The position numbers and the translations under genes are program-made. Shown here piece by piece: positions 20,018 to 30,609 of a stretch of DNA of 47,449 bases. Source of the stretch: a virus (lineage: Duplodnaviria > Heunggongvirae > Uroviricota > Caudoviricetes); IMG/VR virus record IMGVR_UViG_2585427767_000006; one strand, 5' to 3'. Below the pieces are notes generated by a model. That model did no database searches, was not told the DNA's origin, and worked only from the letters and a program-made list of their open reading frames with translations. Each line of letters opens with the position of its first letter. Position 1 is the first letter of the stretch.

Positions 20018-21599
20018 GTGGTGTTGTCTCCTCTTCCGGCCTGCGACTCTCCGCTATCTGCTGCTGATACGCCTGCGCTATCCACACCGGACGTGAGAGT
20101 CCGGCTTTTTGCCGCTCAGCAGATTCCCTGACCTGCTGGCGGAAAATGTCCTGATAATCCTCGCCCATCAGCGCCAGCTCTTTCTCATACGTGCTCAGTC
20201 CGGCCTCAATGCGCATCACTGATTCCTGGACTTCCTTGAGCCCGTCAATGGCCATTCTTCCGGCACCAATCCACTCTGCCCGTGACCAGGCTGATCGCGC
20301 CTGATAAAAATCAAAACGTGCCCGTGGCGGACGAATAATCCCCCGAAGAAGTGCCTCTTCCAGCCAGCAGGAAAACATCTGCGTGGCCAGCCGGGCCGCA
20401 ATAAATTTTCGCCGCCCCATAAAATAGCGCCACGACTCATTGGCGGAGGCGCGGGCACTTGAGTAACTGACCTTCGAGTAATCACGGGACAACTGTTCGT
20501 AGGAAACGCCAAGACCGGCGGCGATATACCGCAGCAGCGCCTGTTCAAGCGCAGAAAATCCATTGTCTGAATCCTGCGCAGTCTGTAGTTTCAGAGCATC
20601 ACCAGGGAAAAGGTGCGGAATTTTGACACCGCCCAGTGTCACGTTATTCGTGTCATACCAGCTGGAGAACTTCTCCAGAATATTAATAAGCGGATTATCC
20701 TTCTGCTCCTGTGGCGCGCCGGCGATATATTCAAAGGCCTTTTCGGTATCAAGTTCACTTTCAATCGTCGCTGCATACATCGCCTTCACTATGGCCGACT
20801 GAAGCTGTGTTGCCTGCAGGGAATCGAGCATCTTCAGCCGTTCCATGACGCTGTAAAACTGATTAGCCCCACGGGTCTGCCCGTCCTCCACCGGCTCGAA
20901 AATATGCAGCATGGCCGGACGCCCGGTGGGAAGTTCACGCGGGATCCGTTCCCATCGTCCACTACCAGAGAACGGAAAATCATCCTCACAGATATGGTAC
21001 GCGACGGCACGGCCATATCGATCGACCTCCACACCGGCCCGCAGAAAACGGTTCCCCATACCGTGTCCAGGCGTGTCCACCCGTTTCGGACTCACGGCTT
21101 TAAAACGCGTACGGAATAACTGCGTGGTTTCCGTATCCCAGACCGGCTGCACAAAGATTTCGCCGTTAAACGCATGAACGCCCACACCTTCACGGATAAA
21201 TTCCGTGAAGGTGCGTTTTCCTTCCACGTCGATCTCGCCAAACATCCCTTCGGCGTATTCCGACCAGGCCGCCTCCACCTCATCGACAAAGCTTTTTGCT
21301 GCGGTCTCCCGCATCCCCAGCCAGCGCCAGTTCGGACGGTAGCTGATCAGAAACATATGCCCGACAATGTGATCCTTATGCAGAGCCACCGCATTAGCCG
21401 CTATTCCGTTATTGCGCACCAGATCATCTGCCCGGGCATTCCCCAGACGCAACGCGGGCAGCAGGGCCGCATCGGCACTCTGCGCCGGTGGCAACCACTC
21501 AGCCATTTGCCCGCCAAATCCTGCACCGCCCCCGTTGTAGCTGAGACTATCACGAAGCGGAACGCCGTTCACATCAATCAGGACAGGCGTTCGTTTCAT
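20007..21599 (-). CDS. B: Portal protein B
   Basis: 530-aa ORF following W and overlapping C, in lambda order. Confidence 0.9.
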   Translation of the reverse strand: MKRTPVLIDVNGVPLRDSLSYNGGGAGFGGQMAEWLPPAQSADAALLPALRLGNARADDLVRNNGIAANAVALHKDHIVGHMFLISYRPNWRWLGMRETAAKSFVDEVEAAWSEYAEGMFGEIDVEGKRTFTEFIREGVGVHAFNGEIFVQPVWDTETTQLFRTRFKAVSPKRVDTPGHGMGNRFLRAGVEVDRYGRAVAYHICEDDFPFSGSGRWERIPRELPTGRPAMLHIFEPVEDGQTRGANQFYSVMERLKMLDSLQATQLQSAIVKAMYAATIESELDTEKAFEYIAGAPQEQKDNPLINILEKFSSWYDTNNVTLGGVKIPHLFPGDALKLQTAQDSDNGFSALEQALLRYIAAGLGVSYEQLSRDYSKVSYSSARASANESWRYFMGRRKFIAARLATQMFSCWLEEALLRGIIRPPRARFDFYQARSAWSRAEWIGAGRMAIDGLKEVQESVMRIEAGLSTYEKELALMGEDYQDIFRQQVRESAERQKAGLSRPVWIAQAYQQQIAESRRPEEETTPRET

Positions 21600-21802
21600 A
21601 ACCTCACTCCCAGCGGACGACGGCGACGCCGGGTTGTCCCCAGTACCGACTCCGCATCATTGATCGCCCGGTTAAGCTCATCCAGAGAAGCCGCCGTATA
21701 TTCAATTCTGCGACCATCTTTCTGGACAGACACCACCCGTTTACCGGTTAATAAATCAAGGCGCGCCTGACGCAGCGCCTGCAGTTCAGCGACTGTAACC
21801 AT
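21596..21802 (-). CDS. W: Head-tail joining protein W
   Basis: 68-aa protein with LTGKRVVSVQKDGRRIEYTAASL resembling lambda gpW. Confidence 0.85.
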   Translation of the reverse strand: MVTVAELQALRQARLDLLTGKRVVSVQKDGRRIEYTAASLDELNRAINDAESVLGTTRRRRRPLGVRL

Positions 21803-23714
21803 TCACTCCTCCGGACAGCTTCGCTGCCAGTTCTTTAAGGGTTGGCCGGGTCGTCTCTTCTTCCCGGGATTTTGCCAGTACAGCCAGATCAAGCTGCCAG
21901 CGTTGCACGGACACACGTAATGCCGCGTAGGCATACACCAGGCAGTCCAGCGCTTCGTTACGCCGCTTTTTGTTATCCCACAGCAGACGCATCTTTCCTT
22001 TTTCCCACTTCTCCACAAGCTCTTCCGCGACCAGTTGCTGCGCCTCTGTCTGCGAAAAAATCTCCGGATCATCAGGAAAACGGATGGCATACGACGTGGC
22101 TTCATCCACAGGCGTGGGATCGGCTTTCATACGGGCATAGAGAATTTCTTTTGCGGTGTCCGTCCCCACTTCACACAGATACACGCCCCGCTGATTGCGG
22201 GTTTTTGGCATGGTGATCACCGGCTTGCCATAGACAGATGCGCCTTTTACCGGCAGCACCCGGAAAACACCGTGTTTTTTTGACCTCTGATAAACGATTT
22301 CGCCATCGATCCCCCCGATGTCCCAGCAGACACGGGAAATAGTCATTTCGGTTCCGTCTGCATGGCGGTATTTTTTGTTGATCGCCGCATCCAAACGTAA
22401 CAGCGTCTCTTCCTCATCGGGACGCCCCATAATGATGATTTTATCCACCAGAAAGGCTTCCTCTCCCGGAGCCCATCCCCAGACATACATCTCGAAACGG
22501 TTTCGCTGCGAGTCAATGCCCGCCGTCAGATAAACCACCCGGGCAGGCACCGCCGCCGTGTAACGCACAACCTTATCCATCAGTACCTGGTGATCGAGTT
22601 TTTCGCCCACGGCCTCTTCCCAGGTCTCGCCCAGCGTGGTGTTCACAAAGGTTTTCAGGCCGTTGGGATCTTTCAGTGCATCCAGCCAGTCATAGACAAT
22701 CTGTACCCAGGTGGTGAACGGACTGTACGCCGTCCAGATATGGAAAGTGATGGAACGCGGCGGCGGAATTTCATCACACCGGGCGCTGAAAAACATCAGG
22801 CCGTCACGGGTCCACATGCCCGTGTTTTCACAGATCCACCGCCCGTTACTCTGGTCAAGCTCAGACTGATGGATCACACAGCCATGATGCTCACAAAGGT
22901 AGAAAACACTTTCTGGTTTATTCTTCTCCCACTTAAGACCGAAAGGCGAGGCATCATCGCCAAATTTCAGATACTGCTCCTCCCCACAGTGCGGACAGGG
23001 CACATAAAAACGCATGAAGTGTGCCGACTCGTTAGCGGCTTTTTCGATCTGGCAGGAGCCTTTGATTTTAGGCGTCGAGCCGCGAATGGATTTTGGCCAT
23101 ACAGAGCCCTCAATACGTTTATCCCCCAGCAGGGTTGGCGAACCCTCTTTTTCAACATCCGGTTCGAACGAGGAAAGCTCGTCATAACAGACCACATCCA
23201 CGGATTTTTCACGGTAGTTTTTTGCTGCCGCACCACCCAGACACCAGAACCCCACACCGGAGGAAAAACGCTTCAGGGTGAGCGTATTATCGCGGTGTTT
23301 TCTTCCGAACCATGGAGCCAGCTCCAGCAATGCAGGAACATCCCTTATCGTTGGCTCAACATGAGATTTCATAAAATCTTCAGCAGCTGAGTCCGTGGGC
23401 TGAAAAAGAAGGCTGTTGCGTGATTTATGCTCAATAAAATAAGCCTCCACTCCCAGCAACATCTTTGTATAACCAACACGGGCAGATTTAATCAGGTTAA
23501 CCGTGCGAATCAGATCGTTGCCCATACAGTTCATGATGCCAACCTGAAACGGCAGTGTTTCCCACCGCCCGGGGGTATAAGACGACTCTTTAGGAAGGTA
23601 ATAATGTTTATTGGCCCACTGAACTGTCGTCAGTGGAACAGGAATAATGAGAGATAAAAGCCCTGTAGCTATCGCACCGGCTGCATTAGCTGCCTTCTGC
23701 GCGTCTGAAATCAT
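21786..23714 (-). CDS. A: Terminase large subunit A
   Basis: [20 protein letters not shown], Walker-A-like region and [14 protein letters not shown] match lambda gpA; start at ATG 23714 gives a lambda-like ~29-nt overlap with Nu1 (ORF-track start 23756 also possible). Confidence 0.95.
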
Positions 23715-24234
23715 CGATCCACCCGCCCACGTTTTCACCGGCCTTAGCTGCAACATTGGAGGCTTTCGCGATTTCAGTTTTCACCACATCAAGGTGTGAT
23801 GGTGAAATGTCCGGATATTTACGCTGTAATGTCAACGGCACACGCACAAGTATCCCCGAAATCTCCTGTGCCACACGTTGCAGAATGAAGGTAAACAGTT
23901 CAGTTTCCAGCACTACTCCGTCTTCACGGGCATTTTTCAGTTCCTGCGCATCTGCCTGCGCTTTTGTGAGCCGGTAGCGTTCATAGTCAATGGTGCCGGG
24001 TTGTAAATCTGACTCCGCTGCCGCACGCAAATCGTCCAGTTCTTTGCGGAGCTTTTCGTTTTCGATATCAGTTTCCCTCTGCGCATACCACTGAATTGCC
24101 ATGGCAGTATCAAATACAGATTCAATGCCCTTACTACCTTTGGAGGCGCAAGGGAGTCCCTGAGACTGCCAGCGTTCAATCGTCCGCGGGTCCACGTTGA
24201 AAATTTCGGCAAGCCTCTTTTTATTAACCTTCAT
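23686..24234 (-). CDS. nu1: Terminase small subunit Nu1
   Basis: N-terminus [28 protein letters not shown] (winged HTH) and [29 protein letters not shown] match lambda Nu1. Confidence 0.9.
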
Positions 24235-24411
24235 GAAAACAACCCATTATCAAATACAAGGCCCGACATGAAAACGCCAGAAAAAGGCATTTTCGGACAC
24301 TTTCATGTCGGACCTTTACGGATGTAATATTAAAAAAAAACAAAAAGTTATATTCGAGAAGTACCGACACGATTTTCCCTGAAAAATTTTCATAAATAGT
24401 GAAAAACCGCG

Positions 24412-24423
24412 AGGTCGCCGCCC
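24412..24423 (-). other. cosN cohesive-end site (12-nt GGGCGGCGACCT on the minus strand)
   Basis: Minus strand reads GGGCGGCGACCTCGCGG..TTTTCACTATTTATGAAAATTTT, as at the lambda left end; cosB region lies between this and the Nu1 start. Confidence 0.75.
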
Positions 24424-24622
24424 CGTAACCTGTCGGATCACCGGAAAGGACCCGTAAAGCGATAATGATTATCATCTACATATCACAACGTGCGTGGAGG
24501 CCATCAAACCACGTCAAATAATCAATTATGACGCAGGTATCGTATTAATTGATCTGCATCAACCTAACGTAAAAACAACTTCAGACAATACAAATCAGCG
24601 ACACTGAATACAGGGCAACCTC

Positions 24623-24856
24623 ATGTCAACGAAGAACAGAACCCGCAGAACAACAACCCGCAACATCCGCTTTCCTAACCAAATGATTGAACAAATTAAC
24701 ATCGCTCTTGTTCAAAAAGGGTCCGGGAATTTCTCAGCCTGGGTCATTGAAGCCTGCCGCCGGAGACTGTGCTCAGAAAAAAGAGTTTCGCCTGAAGCAA
24801 ACAAAGAAAAGAGTGACATTACTGAATTGCTCAGAAAACAGGTCAGACCAGATTGA
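24623..24856 (+). CDS. YlcI-like small protein (DUF3950-like)
   Basis: 77-aa protein NRTRRTTTRNIRFPNQMIEQINIALVQKGSGNFSAWVIEACRRRL, recalled as the YlcI family of DLP12-like prophages; opposite strand to late genes. Confidence 0.55.
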   Translation: MSTKNRTRRTTTRNIRFPNQMIEQINIALVQKGSGNFSAWVIEACRRRLCSEKRVSPEANKEKSDITELLRKQVRPD

Positions 24857-24913
24857 AGCAATTTAGATAATCGTGCAGACTACGCCCCCTCATATCACAT
24901 GGAAGGTACTACA

Positions 24914-25324
24914 ATGGCTCAGGTTGCCATTTTTAAACAAATATTCGATAAAGTGCGAAATAATTTAAACTATCACTGGTTTTATTCTGAACTAAAACGT
25001 CACAATGTCTCACATTACATTTACTATTTAGCCACAGAGAATATTCATCTTGTTCTTGAAAACGATAATACGGTTTTAATAAAAGGACAGGGTAAGGTTG
25101 TAAATGTAAGATTTTCAAAAAATAAATGCCTTATAGAAGCCACCTTAAAAGGATTCAAATCAGGAGAGTTATCATTTTACGAATACAGGAAAAATCTTGC
25201 TACAGCAGGGGTTTTCAGATGGATTACAAATATCCACGAAAACAAAAGATATTACTATACCTTTGATAATTCATTACTCTTTACTGAGAACATTCAGAAC
25301 ACTACACAAATATTTCCGCACTAA
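24914..25324 (+). CDS. YbcV-like protein (DUF1398-like)
   Basis: Start at ATG 24914 with SD GGAAGG; position next to the ylcI-like gene between cos and Rz as in DLP12. Confidence 0.5.
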   Translation: MAQVAIFKQIFDKVRNNLNYHWFYSELKRHNVSHYIYYLATENIHLVLENDNTVLIKGQGKVVNVRFSKNKCLIEATLKGFKSGELSFYEYRKNLATAGVFRWITNIHENKRYYYTFDNSLLFTENIQNTTQIFPH

Positions 25325-25631
25325 ATCATAACGTCCGGTTTCTTCCGTACCAGAACCGGACTCGCTGGCATGATGAAATATGTGTACCCGGTAACCCCGG
25401 TGTGCATCGTTTTTGATTATTCCCCCACACTTGTGCAGAAGGAGTTCCCCGTCAGGCTACAGTCATAATTAATGCAAGAGTACAGCGACGATACAGCGCA
25501 CAGAAATAAATCAGGTATCCATTGACTTCACAAAGACGGTGCATAGCATCGACAGGAGTAATTGCGTAAATTGAACTCTTGGCACACTTTAGCCACCGGC
25601 GAATCTTCAGCGGATTATCCTTGGCCGGTTT

Positions 25632-26096
25632 TTATCTGAGGCATTGCTCTCGAATGTATAGCTGTGCCCCTTCAAGTTGTTTTTGCATTATTATCAGTCG
25701 CGCTCTGAGGGTGAAATAATCCCGTTCAGCGGTGTCTGCCAGTCGGGGGGAGGCTGCATTATCCACGCCGGAGGCGGTGGTGGCTTCACGCACTGACTGA
25801 CAGACTGCTTTGATGTGCAACCGACGACGACCAGCGGCAACATCATCACGCAGAGCATCATTTTCAGCTTTCGCATCAGCTAACTCCTTCGTGTATTTTG
25901 CATCGAGCGCAGCAACATCACGCTGACGCATCTGCATGTCAGTAATTGCCGCGTTCGCCAGCTTCAGTTCTCTGACATTTTTGTCGCGCTGGGCTTTGTA
26001 GGTAATGGCGTTATCACGGTAATGATTCAGCCCCAGACTAAGCGCACCACAGGCCACCAGCAGGGCAATGATGACCACGCACAGTACGCGGTTCAT
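25632..26096 (-). CDS. Rz: i-spanin Rz
   Basis: N-terminal signal-anchor ([18 protein letters not shown]) and coiled-coil periplasmic domain; follows the endolysin. Confidence 0.85.
   Translation of the reverse strand: MNRVLCVVIIALLVACGALSLGLNHYRDNAITYKAQRDKNVRELKLANAAITDMQMRQRDVAALDAKYTKELADAKAENDALRDDVAAGRRRLHIKAVCQSVREATTASGVDNAASPRLADTAERDYFTLRARLIIMQKQLEGAQLYIREQCLR
25694..25876 (-). CDS. Rz1: o-spanin Rz1 (embedded in Rz, +1 frame)
   Basis: Lipobox LVVVGC, proline-rich mature part ([15 protein letters not shown]); entirely inside Rz. Confidence 0.8.
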   Translation of the reverse strand: MRKLKMMLCVMMLPLVVVGCTSKQSVSQCVKPPPPPAWIMQPPPDWQTPLNGIISPSERD

Positions 26097-26272
26097 TTCA
26101 CCACCAGCGTATCTGACCGATGAAATAACCGGAGGCCATAATCACAAACACCAGCCAGATAAGAATGAACTTCCAGGTGGATAATTTTTCAGCCATCACT
26201 CGAATCTCCCGAATCAGTTTGCTAAAATCAAACACACTTTCTCCTTTGACTTTTCCGGAGTCAGGAAACACA

Positions 26273-26303
26273 AAACCCCGCTTGGTGCCAACAAACGGGG
26301 TTT
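26273..26303 (-). terminator. Intrinsic terminator-like hairpin downstream of the endolysin gene
   Basis: 8-bp stem AAACCCCG/CGGGGTTT with 15-nt loop; U-rich on both sides. Confidence 0.45.
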
Positions 26304-26394
26304 TTACTTTTATTCACTTACGTTTCGCCACTTCGCAGGATTTCATGTTATCCGCCCGCGTGGCCATGCCTTATTTTTCAGCAAAATATTCTGC

Positions 26395-26928
26395 TTATCT
26401 GTCGATACCCCAGCACGCCAGCGCGCTCTCCTGGTCACGACGGGATACCTGACCGTAGCAGTTGTTTGAACGAATACGGCAGTCTCTGCCACCGTCCTTA
26501 ATCCACCAGCGAATCGCCTCACACGCTCCCCTGCGATCACCTGCATTAATTCGTTTATAAAACGTCGACGGAAAACACTTACCGGGGCCAATGTTGTACG
26601 GACAGAATGACGCGATCCCCGCTTTCTGGGGTTCACTCAATGGCACTCTGATGTTTTTCTCCACCCATGCCAGCGCCTTATCACGCTCAATGGCGTTAAC
26701 CCGGTCGCATTTTTCCTTCGACAACTTCATGCCCGGAACGACAGGTTTGCCATCCACCAGGATGGCACCGCGGCAGATGGTCCAGATACCCGCGCCATCA
26801 CGGTATGCCGTGGTGTGGTTACCTTCCTTTTCATCCAGAAACTGGTCGAGAATGTCAGGCGCAGGCGCACCAGCGGCAATCAGCGCCAGAACGGCAGCCG
26901 ACAGGCCGTATCTGATTTTTGCGTTCAT
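26395..26928 (-). CDS. R: SAR endolysin (T4-lysozyme-like muramidase, R21 type)
   Basis: N-terminal signal-anchor-release segment (LSAAVLALIAAGAPAP) followed by E-x8-D-x5-T catalytic triad (EGNHTTAYRDGAGIWT). Confidence 0.9.
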   Translation of the reverse strand: MNAKIRYGLSAAVLALIAAGAPAPDILDQFLDEKEGNHTTAYRDGAGIWTICRGAILVDGKPVVPGMKLSKEKCDRVNAIERDKALAWVEKNIRVPLSEPQKAGIASFCPYNIGPGKCFPSTFYKRINAGDRRGACEAIRWWIKDGGRDCRIRSNNCYGQVSRRDQESALACWGIDR

Positions 26929-26991
26929 GGATATTTATCAGGATTTATCGGTTTCTGCCCACGGACAGGTTTATCTGTTCCGGTCAGTGAC

Positions 26992-27342
26992 TTAAGGTTG
27001 TGATTCCGGAGGAGTCTTCAGAGAACCAGTAATTCTTCCCGGTAGCTTTCCTTTGTAGGTTATCCATACATTCTGCGCCTCTAAAATTACGGGGCGCTTT
27101 TCCGGCGACTGCTCATCCCCTTCACATAACCCGGCAGCAACATCCAGGAAGACCTGTCTGATGCTCCTTCTGGCTGCTGCCTCATAAAACTCCAGCGCGG
27201 CACCTTCAACACGGTCCAGCGAGATGTCCAGGTCAAAAATTTCACCGTCAAAGCGTTTTTTGTCCCGTAACGCTAAAGTTACCGTAACTTTATTCTCAAA
27301 ATTGCGGATCCCTTTCACAATCAGTTTATAGTTTTGAGTCAT
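26992..27342 (-). CDS. Hypothetical protein between holin and endolysin (YdfR/DUF1327-like)
   Basis: 116-aa ORF starting 5 nt after the holin stop; resemblance to Qin YdfR is from memory only. Confidence 0.45.
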   Translation of the reverse strand: MTQNYKLIVKGIRNFENKVTVTLALRDKKRFDGEIFDLDISLDRVEGAALEFYEAAARRSIRQVFLDVAAGLCEGDEQSPEKRPVILEAQNVWITYKGKLPGRITGSLKTPPESQP

Positions 27343-27346
27343 TGAA

Positions 27347-27553
27347 TTACTCTCCCCGTGCAGCCTTACGACGGTCCTCTCTGATTTTGAAATACAGGTT
27401 AGTCAGATATGTCAGCAGCCCAAACAGCAGACTCCCCAGCACGCCTATTGCCGCCCACTGAGACGGGGAAACCCTGTCCAGCAACTGCAGGAACCAGTAG
27501 CCCGTTCCCACCGCTGACGTGGTGTATGACACACCTGTTGTGATTTTTTCCAT
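27347..27553 (-). CDS. S: Pinholin, S21 type (class II holin)
   Basis: 68-aa product [68 protein letters not shown] closely matches phage 21 S21; upstream in-frame ATG at 27562 would give the antiholin form. Confidence 0.85.
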   Translation of the reverse strand: MEKITTGVSYTTSAVGTGYWFLQLLDRVSPSQWAAIGVLGSLLFGLLTYLTNLYFKIREDRRKAARGE

Positions 27554-27712
27554 CTGGTACATACCCCGTCTCCCGTTATCCGGAAGCTGACAACAATAAA
27601 AAAAGCCACCAGTTAAGTACTGATGGCTCTGATAACTCATGCAGGCATCTCAGACGACCCACTGACACTACCGGTGAGTTTAACGATACCTTCCATTTGA
27701 CTGGCTCACTTT

Positions 27713-29566
27713 TTATGATGATGCCGGTGCATTTATCTCCAGCACCAGACTTTCTATCTCAACGCCATACGCTGCATTTTTGGTAATATCCGTCAGCGTC
27801 AGCGCATTCAGCCCCAGTGTCAGACTGTCTTTTATGACCTGGAATGCCGGGCCAGCCACTCCATTCAGTTTCGGAGTAACCGTGGCACTGCCGGCGGTGA
27901 ACACCAGCTCCAGCGTCTGCCAGTCGTTACTGTAATTCCCGAACTCGCCCAACTTTGTGTTTCCGGCTTTCTTGTGATGCATCAGATTCAGTTTGCCGTC
28001 TGTGGTCTGGGTGAAGAACGACATCAGGAACGGGTTACCAGTCCCGGTCATCGCCACGACGTCAGGTAACGCTACATCGGTATACAGATAAATTCCCAGA
28101 CCGAACTGGTTGTTGGTCAGTGCGCCTGACAGTCGAAACTTACAGCTCAGTCTGCCACCCCGTGTCAGCAGGGAGACTGCGTCATCCACCGGGCGCGTCA
28201 GGGACCAGGCTTTATTGCTCTGCTTGGTGATCTTAAATACACCATCTGACAACTGAATTCCGCCATTCTTAATGCTCCAGCCCTGCGCAGCAGCATCTCC
28301 GGCTGTCGGCAACAGGGAGATTGTGCGTACGGATGCATCTTCAGACGGCCCCGATGGCGTGTCGCCGCCGGGCGAGGGTTTGATTTCCGGTGCCTTACCA
28401 CTAATGAAGGCTAAGGTGCGACCGGCTACGTTCAGAATAGCAGTTGCCATACGATCGGGAATAATGCCACGACGCGCCCATGAGCTGAAATGCGTCGGGC
28501 GATTTGATGATACCCAGTTTTTGTTCGTTCGGGATGCCGAACCGTAATAACCAGACCCGGCAATATCAGGATCTTCTGACGGGTTGTTTGTCGGTGTATT
28601 AACTCCGCTACCATCGGTCATAAAGGGAACAAAATAAATCTGCTGGGATTCTTTACCTTTATATGCACCATATACCACTTCATATTGCGTACCGTGTTCT
28701 TGTTTCCACGCGTATGTCGTGTCGCCACAAATCCAGGGGACTGATGCCGGACTTCCACCGTGACACTGCGCTGCCAGCCCGGCAAGGTCAGCACGGAACT
28801 GCTGTACCATTGCAAGAAATGCTGCTGGCTGCTGGGCGTAACTGGCATTCGTCATATCGAATTCCCCCTGCATCCAGCATATCGCCAGCAAAACGTTTTT
28901 CGGGTTTTTCTGCAATGCTGCCTTCGTGCGGAAAAGCAGATCCTGATATAACGGCTTACCCACTCCCCAGCGAGCCGAATCCTGACTGGCTCCCGTGGAC
29001 TCGCTGAATGTCCCCTCCGTGCCCTGGGTGAATGCCGAACCACCACGACAGCATGGTACCAGCAGGATCCCCGCATTATTAGGGATATACGGAAGCAGTT
29101 TTTTGGCAATATGTAAGCCCTGTCCGACACAGCCGTACTGCCCTTTGCTCAGGTCAGCCCGGGGATGGTTAATCGTACTCATATCCTGAACATCATGCAG
29201 ACAATGGTCAGCAGGAATGATGTCGTTAAATACGCATACTTCACCACCGGGAGTCACTGTGTTACGACGGGCCAGTTGCTTAATGCGCGGATGGGGCGCA
29301 TCGTATGAATCCGGAAGCGGAAGCCCTTCACCGTAAGCCATGGCATTGGATTGCCCGGCCAGTACGATGACGTAGTACCACTCCGGCTCAGTTGCACCAC
29401 TGACGACCACATCACCTTCTGCTGCAATCGCCTGCATCAGGGTATAAGGGGTTATGGCCACCGGACTACCAAACGGCTGCCAGCCCTCTTTCAGTTTATG
29501 TGTCAGCTTTTCCGCAAGATCTGACGGCGACGCCGCCCTGACAACATCATAGTGTTTAAATGCCAT
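27713..29566 (-). CDS. nanS: Prophage 9-O-acetyl-sialate esterase NanS-p (DUF1737 N-domain plus SASA esterase domain)
   Basis: N-terminus MAFKHYDVVRAASPSDLAEKL and the position directly upstream of the holin match the nanS-p gene of Stx-type phages; start at ATG 29566 (SD GGTGGAAAG) rather than ORF-track 29581. Confidence 0.8.
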   Translation of the reverse strand: MAFKHYDVVRAASPSDLAEKLTHKLKEGWQPFGSPVAITPYTLMQAIAAEGDVVVSGATEPEWYYVIVLAGQSNAMAYGEGLPLPDSYDAPHPRIKQLARRNTVTPGGEVCVFNDIIPADHCLHDVQDMSTINHPRADLSKGQYGCVGQGLHIAKKLLPYIPNNAGILLVPCCRGGSAFTQGTEGTFSESTGASQDSARWGVGKPLYQDLLFRTKAALQKNPKNVLLAICWMQGEFDMTNASYAQQPAAFLAMVQQFRADLAGLAAQCHGGSPASVPWICGDTTYAWKQEHGTQYEVVYGAYKGKESQQIYFVPFMTDGSGVNTPTNNPSEDPDIAGSGYYGSASRTNKNWVSSNRPTHFSSWARRGIIPDRMATAILNVAGRTLAFISGKAPEIKPSPGGDTPSGPSEDASVRTISLLPTAGDAAAQGWSIKNGGIQLSDGVFKITKQSNKAWSLTRPVDDAVSLLTRGGRLSCKFRLSGALTNNQFGLGIYLYTDVALPDVVAMTGTGNPFLMSFFTQTTDGKLNLMHHKKAGNTKLGEFGNYSNDWQTLELVFTAGSATVTPKLNGVAGPAFQVIKDSLTLGLNALTLTDITKNAAYGVEIESLVLEINAPASS

Positions 29567-29826
29567 GGTTCTTTCCACCATCTGAAAAATGATTCTTTAA
29601 AATACCTGACATGTAATACAGAAAAAACACAAAACCATACCTTAAATAAAAACCTCATCATCAAGCAGATATGCATGGATAAACTACAAGACGAGATATA
29701 AACCACCCTGCATTTAAATAAACAATAAACAACATCAGAAAAATAATTCTGCTCTATGGTTTACAATCAAAAATATCATTTATACTTTTCAGAACATCAC
29801 CAGCAAGGCATAAACAAGGAAACTAA

Positions 29827-30162
29827 ATGAAGTGGATTGTGATTGATACAGTTATCCAGCCATCATGCGGAATATCTTTTTCAGTCATATGGAGTAAAAT
29901 AAAATTAATAATCTGGTATCAATCGGATGCTTTCTTACCTCCTGAAAGTATATTTACACTGACTCACACAGGCATCATGCTCAATAACAAAGTGCTACCT
30001 GTAACCATTTACAACGTAGTACCATTCAATAAAACATTCTGGAATTTAATCAAAAACAGCCAGGAATGCCCTACAAATACAGATAACGTATTGAATGAAT
30101 GCTTTAATAACCGTTGCACTCTGCAAATATGTCCTTATGGACTAAAACAACAAAGTCCATAA
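29827..30162 (+). CDS. Hypothetical Cys-rich protein (111 aa) in the stx-slot cargo
   Basis: SD AAGGA 6 nt upstream of ATG; candidate sigma70 promoter TTTACA-N15/17-TATACT upstream; 6 AUA codons; two strong hairpins immediately downstream. Confidence 0.4.
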   Translation: MKWIVIDTVIQPSCGISFSVIWSKIKLIIWYQSDAFLPPESIFTLTHTGIMLNNKVLPVTIYNVVPFNKTFWNLIKNSQECPTNTDNVLNECFNNRCTLQICPYGLKQQSP

Positions 30163-30218
30163 GGAGTTTACTCACATCTGACAAAATCAATATAAACAGC
30201 CCCTCCGGAGAGGGGCTG
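30132..30218. terminator. Tandem hairpins (likely bidirectional terminators) after the plus-strand cargo ORF
   Basis: 12-bp perfect stem TCCTTATGGACT/AGTCCATAAGGA (30132..30165, spanning the stop codon) and 9-bp stem CAGCCCCTC/GAGGGGCTG with 4-nt loop (30197..30218). Confidence 0.5.
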
Positions 30219-30609
30219 GAGAGTGGCGCTATGTGCCATTGCATGGTGCCGGGTGCCTCCCGGTGAATTCAGTACCAGCACCTGAATCCGCGATTATCCC
30301 ATATACCTACTCGCTGATTGCCCCTCCGCACAGGGGGATTCACCATGCCAGTTTCTTTTAACAAACTCCCCGCAAACCAGACAACAATCAACCGCCTGAA
30401 TTGTGAAGTATTTAAAAATTTCTCCCGCTAACTGATACCCGGCTAACAGTCTGGCGTTTTCTTTTTCAGCAACGGGAAAGCAACAACCACCACACCCGCC
30501 ACCAGCACACCGTCAGCCAGCACTGACATTATCCGGCTGCTGCAATGCCATTCACAAAAACAGTAAGCAATCACTTTTTACCGTAACCGGTGATAATCCA
30601 GATATGTAT

